Assembly: GCA_937928615.1 (NCBI GenBank)
Contig: CALFWI010000063.1
Coordinates: forward strand, 1 to 49,017
Source of the DNA: an uncultured Saprospiraceae bacterium
GTDB lineage: Bacteria > Bacteroidota > Bacteroidia > Chitinophagales > Saprospiraceae
Length of the DNA: 49,017 nucleotides
Direction: 5' to 3'
Part shown: positions 17,992 to 27,051 of the stretch, piece by piece
How the letters are laid out: every line of letters starts with the position of its first letter
How positions within the stretch are numbered: the stretch's first letter is position 1
The notes under the pieces: generated by a model
What the model was told of the DNA's origin: nothing
The model's database searches: none
The model's input: only the letters and a program-made list of their open reading frames with translations
Translations under genes and position numbers: made by a program

Positions 17992-19177
17992 GATGGTTTA
18001 CAGGGAGTTTTATAGTAAAAGTAGTTTGTTCATTAACTATAGATTTACTCACAAAAATCCTGCCAGAGTGGTAAGTCTCAATTATTCTTTTAGCAAGAGA
18101 AAGACCTAAGCCCCATCCTCTTTTCTTAGTGGAGTAGCCCGGTTTGAAAACGGTCTTGAATTTTGAGGCGGGAATTCCTTTGCCTGTATCACTTATATCA
18201 ATACAAACATAGTTTTTTTCTTCATATACTTTTGCGCTAATTTTACCCTTCCCCTCCATGGCATCTAAAGCATTTCGTAGTAAATTTTCTAAAACCCAAT
18301 TGAATAATGGCGGATTAATATCCACCATTTTTGCTTCGGTAGCTGGGTCTGGAAAATCAAATTCTATTCTACGAGCAGCACGTCTTTGCATATAAGCCCG
18401 CATACTTTCTAGTTCATCGTAAATATTGATGGGTTCCATTTTGGGTTCCGAACCAATTTTAGAAAATCGGTCTGCTATCAATTCCAATCTGCCCGTATCT
18501 TTTTGTAATTCCGACACTACATCCTGCATGTATTCATCACTTCCATACATATCTTTTAAATGGTCAATCCACCCCATTATAGCAGAAATGGGTGTGCCTA
18601 ATTGATGAGCGGTTTCTTTTGCCATACCTACCCATACTTGGTTTTGTTCGGCTCGACGAGAGGAACTAAAACTAAAATAACCGAAGGCTATGAAACCTGC
18701 TATTAAAAGGAATTGTAAAACTGGAAAATATTTAAGTAAGGTATATGTTTGAGAATGACCATAATATACATACTGAGTAGAATCGCCATTATCTAAAGTA
18801 AGTTCTCTATCTTGCTTTTTTAACGCTTCAACCTGACTTTCAAGTTTATTAAGTTCGTCTTGAATAGGAAACCCTTCTTCATCTAGGATATTTGGAAAAT
18901 TTTTGGCATCTATAACAATTCCATTATCTCCAACCAAAATTAATGGGATGTCGTCAATAATTTGTGTAATTTCATGTGTTGATGTGACATCTTCTTCTAA
19001 ATTTACTCCTGTTGCCAGAGCTTTTATAGCATTTATCCATAATTCAACTTTCATTTTTTCCCCATCGGCAAGTTTATCTGCTAAATTTCGCGTATAAAGC
19101 ATTGTAATCATGATTACAATGAAACCTGCAATTCCCAAATACCATTTCCACTTAGATTTACGTTCGTAAATATCCAT
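17966..19177 (-). CDS. Sensor histidine kinase (orphan; two TM segments)
   Basis: 403-aa ORF. H-box HQLGTPISAI, N-box LRNALDA, G-boxes DTGKGI and GWGLGLS. Its 3' end overlaps the start of the TonB-dependent receptor gene by 26 nt. Confidence 0.85.
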   Translation of the reverse strand: MDIYERKSKWKWYLGIAGFIVIMITMLYTRNLADKLADGEKMKVELWINAIKALATGVNLEEDVTSTHEITQIIDDIPLILVGDNGIVIDAKNFPNILDEEGFPIQDELNKLESQVEALKKQDRELTLDNGDSTQYVYYGHSQTYTLLKYFPVLQFLLIAGFIAFGYFSFSSSRRAEQNQVWVGMAKETAHQLGTPISAIMGWIDHLKDMYGSDEYMQDVVSELQKDTGRLELIADRFSKIGSEPKMEPINIYDELESMRAYMQRRAARRIEFDFPDPATEAKMVDINPPLFNWVLENLLRNALDAMEGKGKISAKVYEEKNYVCIDISDTGKGIPASKFKTVFKPGYSTKKRGWGLGLSLAKRIIETYHSGRIFVSKSIVNEQTTFTIKLPVNHHVRGAIEN

Positions 19178-19456
19178 TTTAAAAAATTACCTTTAGTTGT
19201 TGAACGAGCTTTGTCCTAAAAGGAACGTTTTGCCTCTAATATGTTTCGGTTCTGCCGCTCTAAATCTGTAAAACGTTGACAATAAAAATGTTGTGTGATG
19301 GCTTCGGTAATAGAAACCTTGTTAAAGGTTCACTTTAACGTTTATTTAAAACGCAGAATTACAAAAAAATTGCCTAAAAAAGCGGATAAAAATGCAAAAG
19401 GATTTTAAAAAGAAGAATGCTTAGCTAATTTCTTTCACTAAAATGTGGAAAGCTGC

Positions 19457-19464
19457 TATTTTTG
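19457..19464 (+). promoter_or_regulatory. Candidate -7 promoter box (TATTTTTG) for the HEAT/cyclophilin gene
   Basis: Exact TAnnTTTG match, 45 nt upstream of the TTG at 19509 and 75 nt upstream of the ATG at 19539. Confidence 0.3.
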
Positions 19465-19508
19465 CGCTGTTTAAGAAAATCCTTAATAACATACGTTATT
19501 AAAGATGC

Positions 19509-21554
19509 TTGTCCGAGAACCATCCTAAACCTATCGTAATGACCGTCAATTTTAAATATATCTTTTTTTTGTTGCTTTCGGCTATTTTAGTTCAATGTGT
19601 ACCGCCAGAAGAAGTGGTACTAACAGAAGTAACAAGAGATTTAAGGGATTCTACCTTACAAGAAATTATCCGTTATCAAGATGAACAAAAAACAGCGGAA
19701 CTATATCCATTTTTCAGAGATAAAGACCCTTCCTACCGTTATGCTGCCGCTATGGCTTTTGGGTCAACTAAAGATAAAACCGCTTTAGATAGTTTGGCGC
19801 TCTTATTAAAAGATGCTATTCCCGAAGTAAGAGTTGCAGCAGCTTATGCCATTGGGCAGTTGGGAGATGAGCGAGGGGCTAATATATTGATGGGCGCTTT
19901 TGAGCAATATGATACGGCTCGGCAATTTGTCAAATCAAATGGTATTATTTTAGAAGCAGTCGGTAAATGTGCCCCCAAAGAAACGTTAAGTTTATTAACG
20001 GGCATCTCTACTTACAAAGCTACAGACACTTTATTATTAAAGGGACAAGCCTACGGTATTTATCGGTTTGCCATGAGGAAAATGGTGAGCCCAGAAGGAA
20101 CTTCTAAAATGTTGGCTTTTGTCAATAATCCATTATATCCGCCAAGTGTCAGAATGATAGCGGCCAATTATTTAGGCCGCGCAGCAGACATTGATATTTC
20201 CGCTAATGCTCAGTCATTAAGTGAAACCTTAGCGACAGAAAGTGATGCCAAAATAAAAATTCCATTAGCGCTAGCATTGGGAAAAATTAAAACACCAATA
20301 GCGACTAGTGCTTTATTGAAACAATTCAATCAAGCAACAGATTATCGAATAAAGGTCAATATTATTCGAGCTTTAAATGGAGCAAACTATGATAGTGTTA
20401 GTGCAACTATTTTGACAGCTTTAGACGACCCTAATTTAAAAATTGCTCAAATGGCTGCCCAGTTTTTGATTAATAATGGCAATGCTCGTCAAGCAGCTAG
20501 TTATTATCGAATGTCTAAAGTAGAGCGCCCTTGGCAAGTACAGTTGGCACTTTTAGAAGCAGCCAATAGAAATTTACCCCCTTATATGGTAGATACGAAA
20601 GGAGGCATTAATGCTAGTTTGCGAAAGCGATACCTAAGTGCTCAAAGTGCAACAGAGAAAGCAGCAGTATTAAAAGCAATGGGTGATTTTGGCTGGAATT
20701 ATTCGTTTATGTTAGACCAAACTCCTAATTTACCAACGGCTGTAGAAAAATCTTCTTTGGTTTCAGGGGTTGGTCGTATTATTGCTAATCCTGATTTTGA
20801 TAAAGTTTTTGGGGTAAGTCGGCGTAGAGTCACTAGAGATTTATCTGGTTTTTTATTAGAGGTATTTAAAAATGGTGACGTGGGTAGTATGGCAGTAGCA
20901 GCAGATATTTTGAATGGAATCAACGATAATTTTAAAACAGCCTTACAGGATAGTTTACCTATTATTATTACCGCTCAACAAAATTTAAACTTACCCGCAG
21001 CTACAGAAACTTATGATAAGATACAAAATGCAATAAATTTCTTCCAAGGCAAAACACCTTCCACAAAACAAACGATACCTGCTTTTAATCATCCAATTGA
21101 TTTTAATTTATTACAGCGCGTCACCAGTAGTGCCGCTGCGGTTATTCAAACAACAAAAGGGAAGATTAGAGTGAGTTTGTCACCGCTTCTAGCTCCTGGA
21201 ACTGTTACTAATTTTATTCAATTAGCCGAGTCTGAATTTTTTAAAGATAAAAGCTTTCATCGAGTAGTGCCTAATTTTGTGATTCAAGGTGGTTGCCCAA
21301 GAGGAGACGGCTATGGAAGTTTACCTTATTCTATTCGCTCAGAATTGCCATTGGCTTATTACGATGAAGCTGGTTACATAGGCATGGCATCTGCTGGAAA
21401 TCATACAGAAGGTACTCAATTTTTTATTACGCATTCTCCTACACCACATTTAGATGGAGGGTATACTATTTTTGGAAAGGTAACAGAAGGAATGGAAGCA
21501 GTGCATCAGATGGAAGCAGGAGATAATATTTTGAGTGTCGCCATTCGGTACTAA
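19509..21554 (+). CDS. HEAT-repeat protein fused to a C-terminal cyclophilin-type peptidyl-prolyl cis-trans isomerase, probable lipoprotein
   Basis: 681-aa ORF. The likely true start is the ATG at 19539 (MTVNFKYIFFLLLSAILVQC). HEAT/PBS-lyase-like repeats (EVRVAAAYAIGQLGD and others). C-terminal cyclophilin motifs FHRVVPNFVIQGGCPRGDGYG, GMASAG, GTQFFIT and YTIFGKV. Confidence 0.8.
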   Translation: MSENHPKPIVMTVNFKYIFFLLLSAILVQCVPPEEVVLTEVTRDLRDSTLQEIIRYQDEQKTAELYPFFRDKDPSYRYAAAMAFGSTKDKTALDSLALLLKDAIPEVRVAAAYAIGQLGDERGANILMGAFEQYDTARQFVKSNGIILEAVGKCAPKETLSLLTGISTYKATDTLLLKGQAYGIYRFAMRKMVSPEGTSKMLAFVNNPLYPPSVRMIAANYLGRAADIDISANAQSLSETLATESDAKIKIPLALALGKIKTPIATSALLKQFNQATDYRIKVNIIRALNGANYDSVSATILTALDDPNLKIAQMAAQFLINNGNARQAASYYRMSKVERPWQVQLALLEAANRNLPPYMVDTKGGINASLRKRYLSAQSATEKAAVLKAMGDFGWNYSFMLDQTPNLPTAVEKSSLVSGVGRIIANPDFDKVFGVSRRRVTRDLSGFLLEVFKNGDVGSMAVAADILNGINDNFKTALQDSLPIIITAQQNLNLPAATETYDKIQNAINFFQGKTPSTKQTIPAFNHPIDFNLLQRVTSSAAAVIQTTKGKIRVSLSPLLAPGTVTNFIQLAESEFFKDKSFHRVVPNFVIQGGCPRGDGYGSLPYSIRSELPLAYYDEAGYIGMASAGNHTEGTQFFITHSPTPHLDGGYTIFGKVTEGMEAVHQMEAGDNILSVAIRY

Positions 21555-21610
21555 ATAAATTTTATTTGGAAAATGGCCTACATGTCGATGATTTTTGAAA
21601 ATGATTAGTT

Positions 21611-21650
21611 GTTGCCATGTTGCCATGTTCAAACGAATATGGCAACATGG
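21611..21650 (+). repeat. 8-nt-unit variant of the tandem-word hairpin (GTTGCCAT units)
   Basis: GTTGCCAT GTTGCCAT GTT (21611-21629). CCATGTTGCCAT (21615-21626) pairs perfectly (12 bp) with ATGGCAACATGG (21639-21650), with a 12-nt loop. It lies about 60 nt downstream of the PPIase stop. Confidence 0.75.
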
Positions 21651-21833
21651 AGTTATTAGCTAATCCAAGTTGCAGAGCATTAAAAATGGCTATATTGTTT
21701 TTTGGGCTTAAAATAACTGATTTTGATGCTATTGCCTCCTCAACAATATAGCAATTTAGCCATATAACCATTGTCCGCAATTTGAATTAACTAAGCATCT
21801 ATCTGAGAAATAAGCTTTGATTTTCCATAATTT

Positions 21834-21873
21834 ACGAATTCATCGTTCATCATTTATAATTCCTCATTCCTTT
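21834..21873 (+). repeat. TTCATCR-family heptamer array (single arm)
   Basis: TTCATCG TTCATCA TTTATAA TTCCTCA TTCCTTT (21839-21873). The 22-mer GAATTCATCGTTCATCATTTAT (21836-21857) is identical to 43978-43999. Confidence 0.75.
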
Positions 21874-21911
21874 GGCGTGCGTAAAAGTATATTTTCTGCT
21901 ATTTTTGAGGT

Positions 21912-23015
21912 GTGAAAAAAAAATCAACATCGACCAACCAAACTACCCCTAAAGTAATTACTGGCGTGAAGTCTCCTACCGCCCTCAACCCACATTTAAA
22001 AAATATCCTCGCTAAAAAACGCAAACAACAAGGAGACCTCAGCTATTATAGTAAAGGAATCCAACAAGGGGACAAAGTCATTCTATCTCAGGCGATTACC
22101 ATTCTCGAAAGTACTCGACTCCCTGACCAGCAGCTAGCAGAGCAAATTATCGAAAAATGTTTACCTTTTGCGAATCAGTCTATTCGTTTAGGTATTACAG
22201 GTACACCGGGCGTAGGAAAAAGTACTTTTATCGAAGCTTTCGGTAGTCACTTGGTCGGACAAGGGAAAAAAGTAGCCGTGTTAGCAGTAGACCCATCTAG
22301 TCAGATTAGTGGAGGTAGTATTTTGGGAGATAAAACAAGAATGGAAAGATTAGCGCATTTAGCAAATGTTTTTGTGCGACCTTCCCCTGCAAAGTCGGCG
22401 CTAGGTGGAGTGGCTCGCAAAACTAGAGAGACCATGATGTTGTGTGAAGCAGCAGGTTTTGATACTATTCTCGTAGAAACAGTGGGCGTTGGTCAATCGG
22501 AAACCTTGGTGCATTCGATGGTTGACTTTTTTTTACTACTTTTATTACCTGGAGGAGGGGATGAATTACAGGGCATCAAGAGAGGTATTGTAGAAATGGC
22601 AGACTTGGTCTTAATCAATAAAGCAGATGGAGAAAGAATAAAGTTGGCTAAAAAAACGCGAATTGATTATAAAAATGCGTTGCATCTTTTTCCGCCGAAA
22701 GCAAGTAATTGGACGGCGGCAGCTTTAACTTGTTCTGCTATTTCTAATGAAGGTATTGAAAAGGTTTGGGAACAAATAGAAAAATACATCAAATTGACAA
22801 AGCGTAATCTGTATTTTGAAAGTAATAGACAGCAGCAAGCTAAATATTGGCTAGAAGCGTCCATTAATCAAGGGCTACAAACCGCTTTTTATCAAAATGA
22901 AACCATACGAACTGCTTTGATTAAAATAGAGCAAGCTGTTTTGAATAATGAATTATCTCCTTTTCAAGGGGCAACGCAATTATTAAAATTATTTAAACAG
23001 CGTTCCAAGGATTGA
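21912..23015 (+). CDS. MeaB/ArgK-type G3E-family GTPase (methylmalonyl-CoA mutase-associated GTPase-like)
   Basis: 367-aa ORF. P-loop GITGTPGVGKST, then DPSS, ETVGVGQSE and NKAD motifs. The start is uncertain: GTG in the ORF track, with a TATTTTTG box only 4 nt upstream. Confidence 0.8.
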   Translation: MKKKSTSTNQTTPKVITGVKSPTALNPHLKNILAKKRKQQGDLSYYSKGIQQGDKVILSQAITILESTRLPDQQLAEQIIEKCLPFANQSIRLGITGTPGVGKSTFIEAFGSHLVGQGKKVAVLAVDPSSQISGGSILGDKTRMERLAHLANVFVRPSPAKSALGGVARKTRETMMLCEAAGFDTILVETVGVGQSETLVHSMVDFFLLLLLPGGGDELQGIKRGIVEMADLVLINKADGERIKLAKKTRIDYKNALHLFPPKASNWTAAALTCSAISNEGIEKVWEQIEKYIKLTKRNLYFESNRQQQAKYWLEASINQGLQTAFYQNETIRTALIKIEQAVLNNELSPFQGATQLLKLFKQRSKD

Positions 23016-23059
23016 ACCATTCCTTTAATTTTCTATAACCAATTTTAAAAGAAAAATAG

Positions 23060-23560
23060 TTGAAATCTAACTTACCTTATACTACCGTAACGCCCGATTT
23101 AGCCTGGGTAAACAATCCTTACAGCCTAAAACTACTGCTATTCTTTTTGTTATTCAGTTGTAATAATCATCCACCAAATCAAGCAGAAAAAGTACCACTT
23201 CCCAACACGCCTGAAACCGTCAGCAAGCAGTGGCAAGTTCATTTAGATAAAAATGAAATAGAAAAGGCAGCAATATTAAGCACCTCTTCAACTAAAGAAT
23301 GGCTAGCAGAAAATAAAACACTTTTTTTGAATGACTCCCAAGTTTACCAGACTAATTTTGTTAAAATGGATTGTCTTACAGAAGGGAAAAAAGCGACTTG
23401 CACGTATACCATTTTAGAAGAAGGGGAGTTGATAGAAGATTTCTTTTTACTACAAAAAATTAATGGACAATGGTTGGTTGATTTAGAAGAAGAAACGGCT
23501 AATCCCGAATTAGACGAACAAATTTTTAAGGAAATGAAGAAGGAATTGAAATTAGATTAG
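23060..23560 (+). CDS. Hypothetical lipoprotein
   Basis: 166-aa ORF with a hydrophobic leader ending in LFSC. No motif I recognise. TTG start in the ORF track, so the start is uncertain. Confidence 0.5.
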   Translation: MKSNLPYTTVTPDLAWVNNPYSLKLLLFFLLFSCNNHPPNQAEKVPLPNTPETVSKQWQVHLDKNEIEKAAILSTSSTKEWLAENKTLFLNDSQVYQTNFVKMDCLTEGKKATCTYTILEEGELIEDFFLLQKINGQWLVDLEEETANPELDEQIFKEMKKELKLD

Positions 23561-23665
23561 TCGATAAAAGTATTCTCAATACACCATGATTTTGAAAATT
23601 ATGGTGTTCTAAAAGTTGAAGTTATTTTTACTAGCAGCTAAAGCATAAAATTCAAATTAATAAAT

Positions 23666-25885
23666 ATGAAAAATAGATTTTTTTTATTCACTTTAGGCTT
23701 ATTCCTAATGATTAACCAAGGCATTGCTCAAAAGAAAGCAATAACAGTAGCAGACATCTGGCAAGAGTATAAATTCATGGGCAAATCAGTACCAGGTTTT
23801 AATTTTTTAAACGATGGTAAACATTATACTCGATTAGAAGACAATACCATCAAAAAATATGATTTAGTATCTGGTCAATTTACAGACATTATTTTTGCAA
23901 CTTCTGAGATAGCAGCAACTGCCAATTTTCCAGAGAAAGTAGATAGCTATACATTTAATGCGGATGAAACAAAAATTTTATTAGAAACCGCTAAAGAAAG
24001 TATTTATCGACGTTCTTCTAAGGCCAATTATTATGTTTGGGACAAAGGCTCAAAAAACATGACGGAACTATTTCAAGACGGCAAACAAAGTTATGCGACC
24101 TTTAGTCCAGACGCAGATAAAGTGGCTTTTGTTTTTGAAAATAATTTATATGTCAAAGATTTAAATAGTGGCACGACTACTCAAATTACTACTGATGGTA
24201 AATTTAACCAGATTATTAACGGTGGGGCAGATTGGGTCTATGAAGAAGAATTTTCTTTTGCGAAAGCTTTTCATTGGTCACCAGATGGCGCAAAAATTGC
24301 TTTTATGCGCTTTGATGAAAGTGAAGTAAAGGAATTTACCATGACTAAATTTAAAGGTGGTTTATATCCAGAATATGAGACTTTTAAATATCCAAAAGTT
24401 GGCGAAAAAAATGCCATTGTCTCGATACATATTTATGATGTGGCTAGTCAAAAAACAATAACGGCTGAAACTGGAAACGAAACAGATATTTATTTTCCAA
24501 GAATTAAATGGACACAAGCCCCCAATAAATTATGTGTCTTTCGCATGAATCGGCATCAAAATGAACTAGAGCTATTATTAGCAGATGCTAGCAGTGGAAA
24601 AACCAATTTATTATTAAAAGAAACGAATAAATATTACATTGATATTGACGATGATTTAACTTTCTTAAAAGATGGTAAATGTTTTATCTGGACCAGCGAG
24701 CAAGACGGCTATAATCATATCTACCTCTATGATATGAAAGGTAAAAAGAAAAAACAATTGACTAGTGGCAACTATGATGTCAGTAAGTTTTTTGGTGTCA
24801 ATGAAGCCACACAGCAGGTTTATTATAAATCTTCGGAAACTTCTCCTTTAGAAGAAAATATCTATACCGTTAATTTAAAGGGCAAAGGCAAAAAACGATT
24901 AACCAAAGGCGGTGGCACCCATAATGCTCAATTCAGTAGTACCTTCGATTATTTTGTTAATAATCATTCTACCATCAACTCCCCTGCTTCCTATGTTGTC
25001 CGAGATAATCAGGGGGAAACAATTAGAGTCATAGAAAACAATACTGCATTAGCCAAAACCCAATCAAATTATGACCTTAGCCCAGTCGAGTTTTTTCAAT
25101 TTGAAACCAGTGAAAAAGTACCATTAAACGGTTGGATGATTAAGCCAACAGATTTTAATCCTAATCGAGAATATCCTGTCTTTATGTATTTGTATGGCGG
25201 TCCTGGCAGTCAACAAGTAAAAGACCAATGGAAGGGTCAAAATTATTGGTGGTTTCAAATGTTAGCACAACAAGGCTATATCGTTGCTTGTGTGGATAAC
25301 AGAGGTACAGGTGCTAGAGGAGAAGATTTTAAAAAAGTGACTTATCAACAATTAGGACATTATGAAACCATCGACCAAATAGAAGCCGCTAAATATTTAG
25401 GTGCTTTGCCTTATGCTGATGCCAGTAGAATAGGTATTTTTGGTTGGTCTTACGGTGGTTTTATGTCTTCTCTATGTTTGCTAAAAGGTAATGATGTTTT
25501 CAAAGCAGCCATTGCCGTTGCACCTGTCACTAGCTGGCGTTGGTATGATTCGATTTATACAGAACGGTATATGCGAACAGAAGCAGAGAATCCTGATGGT
25601 TATAAAAACAATTCACCTGTCTATTTTGCGGACCAACTAAAAGGTCATTATTTATTAGTACATGGTGGTGGAGATGATAACGTGCATTACCAACAAAGTG
25701 CAGAAATGATGAATGCCTTAATTGATGCCAACAAGCAATTTGATACTTACACTTACCATAATCGAAATCATGGTATTTATGGAGGCACTACTCGAATGCA
25801 TCTGTATAATAAAATGACTAATTTCTTGAATGAGCAGTTGAAAGGAGAAGCAAAGAATTATAACAAAGAAGTGAAGAAACCGTAA
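23666..25885 (+). CDS. Dipeptidyl-peptidase IV (prolyl oligopeptidase family S9B)
   Basis: 739-aa ORF. Signal peptide, an N-terminal beta-propeller region (DPPIV_N-like), the nucleophile motif GWSYGG, an Asp in HGGGDDNVH and a His in NRNHGIY. Confidence 0.9.
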   Translation: MKNRFFLFTLGLFLMINQGIAQKKAITVADIWQEYKFMGKSVPGFNFLNDGKHYTRLEDNTIKKYDLVSGQFTDIIFATSEIAATANFPEKVDSYTFNADETKILLETAKESIYRRSSKANYYVWDKGSKNMTELFQDGKQSYATFSPDADKVAFVFENNLYVKDLNSGTTTQITTDGKFNQIINGGADWVYEEEFSFAKAFHWSPDGAKIAFMRFDESEVKEFTMTKFKGGLYPEYETFKYPKVGEKNAIVSIHIYDVASQKTITAETGNETDIYFPRIKWTQAPNKLCVFRMNRHQNELELLLADASSGKTNLLLKETNKYYIDIDDDLTFLKDGKCFIWTSEQDGYNHIYLYDMKGKKKKQLTSGNYDVSKFFGVNEATQQVYYKSSETSPLEENIYTVNLKGKGKKRLTKGGGTHNAQFSSTFDYFVNNHSTINSPASYVVRDNQGETIRVIENNTALAKTQSNYDLSPVEFFQFETSEKVPLNGWMIKPTDFNPNREYPVFMYLYGGPGSQQVKDQWKGQNYWWFQMLAQQGYIVACVDNRGTGARGEDFKKVTYQQLGHYETIDQIEAAKYLGALPYADASRIGIFGWSYGGFMSSLCLLKGNDVFKAAIAVAPVTSWRWYDSIYTERYMRTEAENPDGYKNNSPVYFADQLKGHYLLVHGGGDDNVHYQQSAEMMNALIDANKQFDTYTYHNRNHGIYGGTTRMHLYNKMTNFLNEQLKGEAKNYNKEVKKP

Positions 25886-25897
25886 ACAGTAGGCAGT

Positions 25898-25936
25898 CAA
25901 ACGTGTCGGACACCTTCGAGGTGTCCGACACGTTTG
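25898..25936. terminator. GC-rich perfect hairpin, probable bidirectional terminator between convergent genes
   Basis: CAAACGTGTCGGACACCT (25898-25915) and AGGTGTCCGACACGTTTG (25919-25936) form an 18-bp perfect inverted repeat around TCG. It sits between the DPP-IV stop and the stop of the minus-strand gene at 25938. Confidence 0.7.
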
Positions 25937-25937
25937 G

Positions 25938-26966
25938 CTAATTTTTTATGCTTTTTTTATCTGACGCTTTATCATTATAAGCAAACTTATAAATTCTCCC
26001 TTTCCCACTTTTTCCTTCATTGGAAATATAGAGCGAACCATCTTGTGCAAAGGTGATTCCTTCAGGTTGTTCGTGAATTTTCTTCTTCAACTTGACAATA
26101 TGCTTAATTGCACCATCTCGTTGCAAAACAACCAGTAATTTACCCACCGATGAAGTAATATAAATGTCCCCCGTTTTAGGATGAACCGCTAAACCAGAAG
26201 GCCCAAAAATAAATTCCTCGCCTGGTTGAAATAACTTAACCAACTTATCTAATTTTTCTAAAGTTTGATTGACTTCTAAAAATTGTTTTACCGCTTCTAC
26301 ACTAATTGTATAAGTAGGTTTTTTATCCATCTTCATCGTCGTTAAATCCAAACCAAAAATACCTTTTTTGAAATCGAATTCTTCTCCTTTTCCAGCTTTC
26401 CCTTTACAGCTTATCAATAAACGATTGGCTATAGGGTCATATCCTAAGCCTTCAATATCGCTGTTCTTATTAAAAGTAAATTTATGCTTTTTTAATTCTT
26501 GATTGTCTTCTTTGAAATTAACGATTTCATAGAGTGTTCCTGAACTTTTGACTACAAAAATTCGCCCGTTCGCTATTTCCACACCTTCGTAATCCCCTGC
26601 TTTATGGAAAGTACCTTCTTTGTCTATTGCGCCAGTTGTGGTATTAATTAAAAATAAATCACCATCTTCATCTTGTACTGCATATAAATATTTCCCAGTT
26701 GCATCGATTCCCAAACCAGAAATCTCCTTTAACTTATTAGGTAATTTAAATTCGGCTACAGGTTTAGTCAATTGATAAGGAAAGGCATTATCGGGAGCTA
26801 ACTCAAATTGGTCAGTAGTTGTAGTTGTTGTATCTATTTCCATACTAGCAGTAACGATAGATTCAGCACTTGGTTTATCTTTATTCACTGTTTTTTCTGT
26901 CTCACAACCAATGAAAACATTGGAAAACAGCGCTAAAAATAAGAAAAACATAGGATGGTTTTGCAT
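25938..26966 (-). CDS. Beta-propeller-like lipoprotein, SdiA-regulated (YjiK-like) family candidate
   Basis: 342-aa ORF. Signal ending in FIGC. Repeated motifs such as EISGLGIDATGKYLYAVQDEDGDLFLIN, DIEGLGYDP and PEGITFAQDGSLYISNE resemble the SdiA-regulated/YjiK beta-propeller family. Confidence 0.5.
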   Translation of the reverse strand: MQNHPMFFLFLALFSNVFIGCETEKTVNKDKPSAESIVTASMEIDTTTTTTDQFELAPDNAFPYQLTKPVAEFKLPNKLKEISGLGIDATGKYLYAVQDEDGDLFLINTTTGAIDKEGTFHKAGDYEGVEIANGRIFVVKSSGTLYEIVNFKEDNQELKKHKFTFNKNSDIEGLGYDPIANRLLISCKGKAGKGEEFDFKKGIFGLDLTTMKMDKKPTYTISVEAVKQFLEVNQTLEKLDKLVKLFQPGEEFIFGPSGLAVHPKTGDIYITSSVGKLLVVLQRDGAIKHIVKLKKKIHEQPEGITFAQDGSLYISNEGKSGKGRIYKFAYNDKASDKKSIKN

Positions 26967-27051
26967 GTTGAAAATTGCGAAATTAAAAAAGGAGGATAGT
27001 TGATTGGTTTGTGCTTTCTGGGAAGCAATAAATTTGCTTTTGCAATAATAC

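Noticed and set aside
19178-19508. Possible cobalamin or other riboswitch upstream of the kinase/TonB-receptor operon
   Set aside because: I could not find a B12-box-like core or a convincing multi-stem structure on the minus strand. The region is AT-rich with only short hairpins.
21588-21605. AT-rich near-palindromes sharing ATGATTTT(T)GAAAAT about 25-30 nt after two + strand stops (21588-21605 and 23581-23607)
   Set aside because: They are probably just weak AT-rich terminator-like hairpins. The shared word is short and low in complexity, so the similarity may be compositional.
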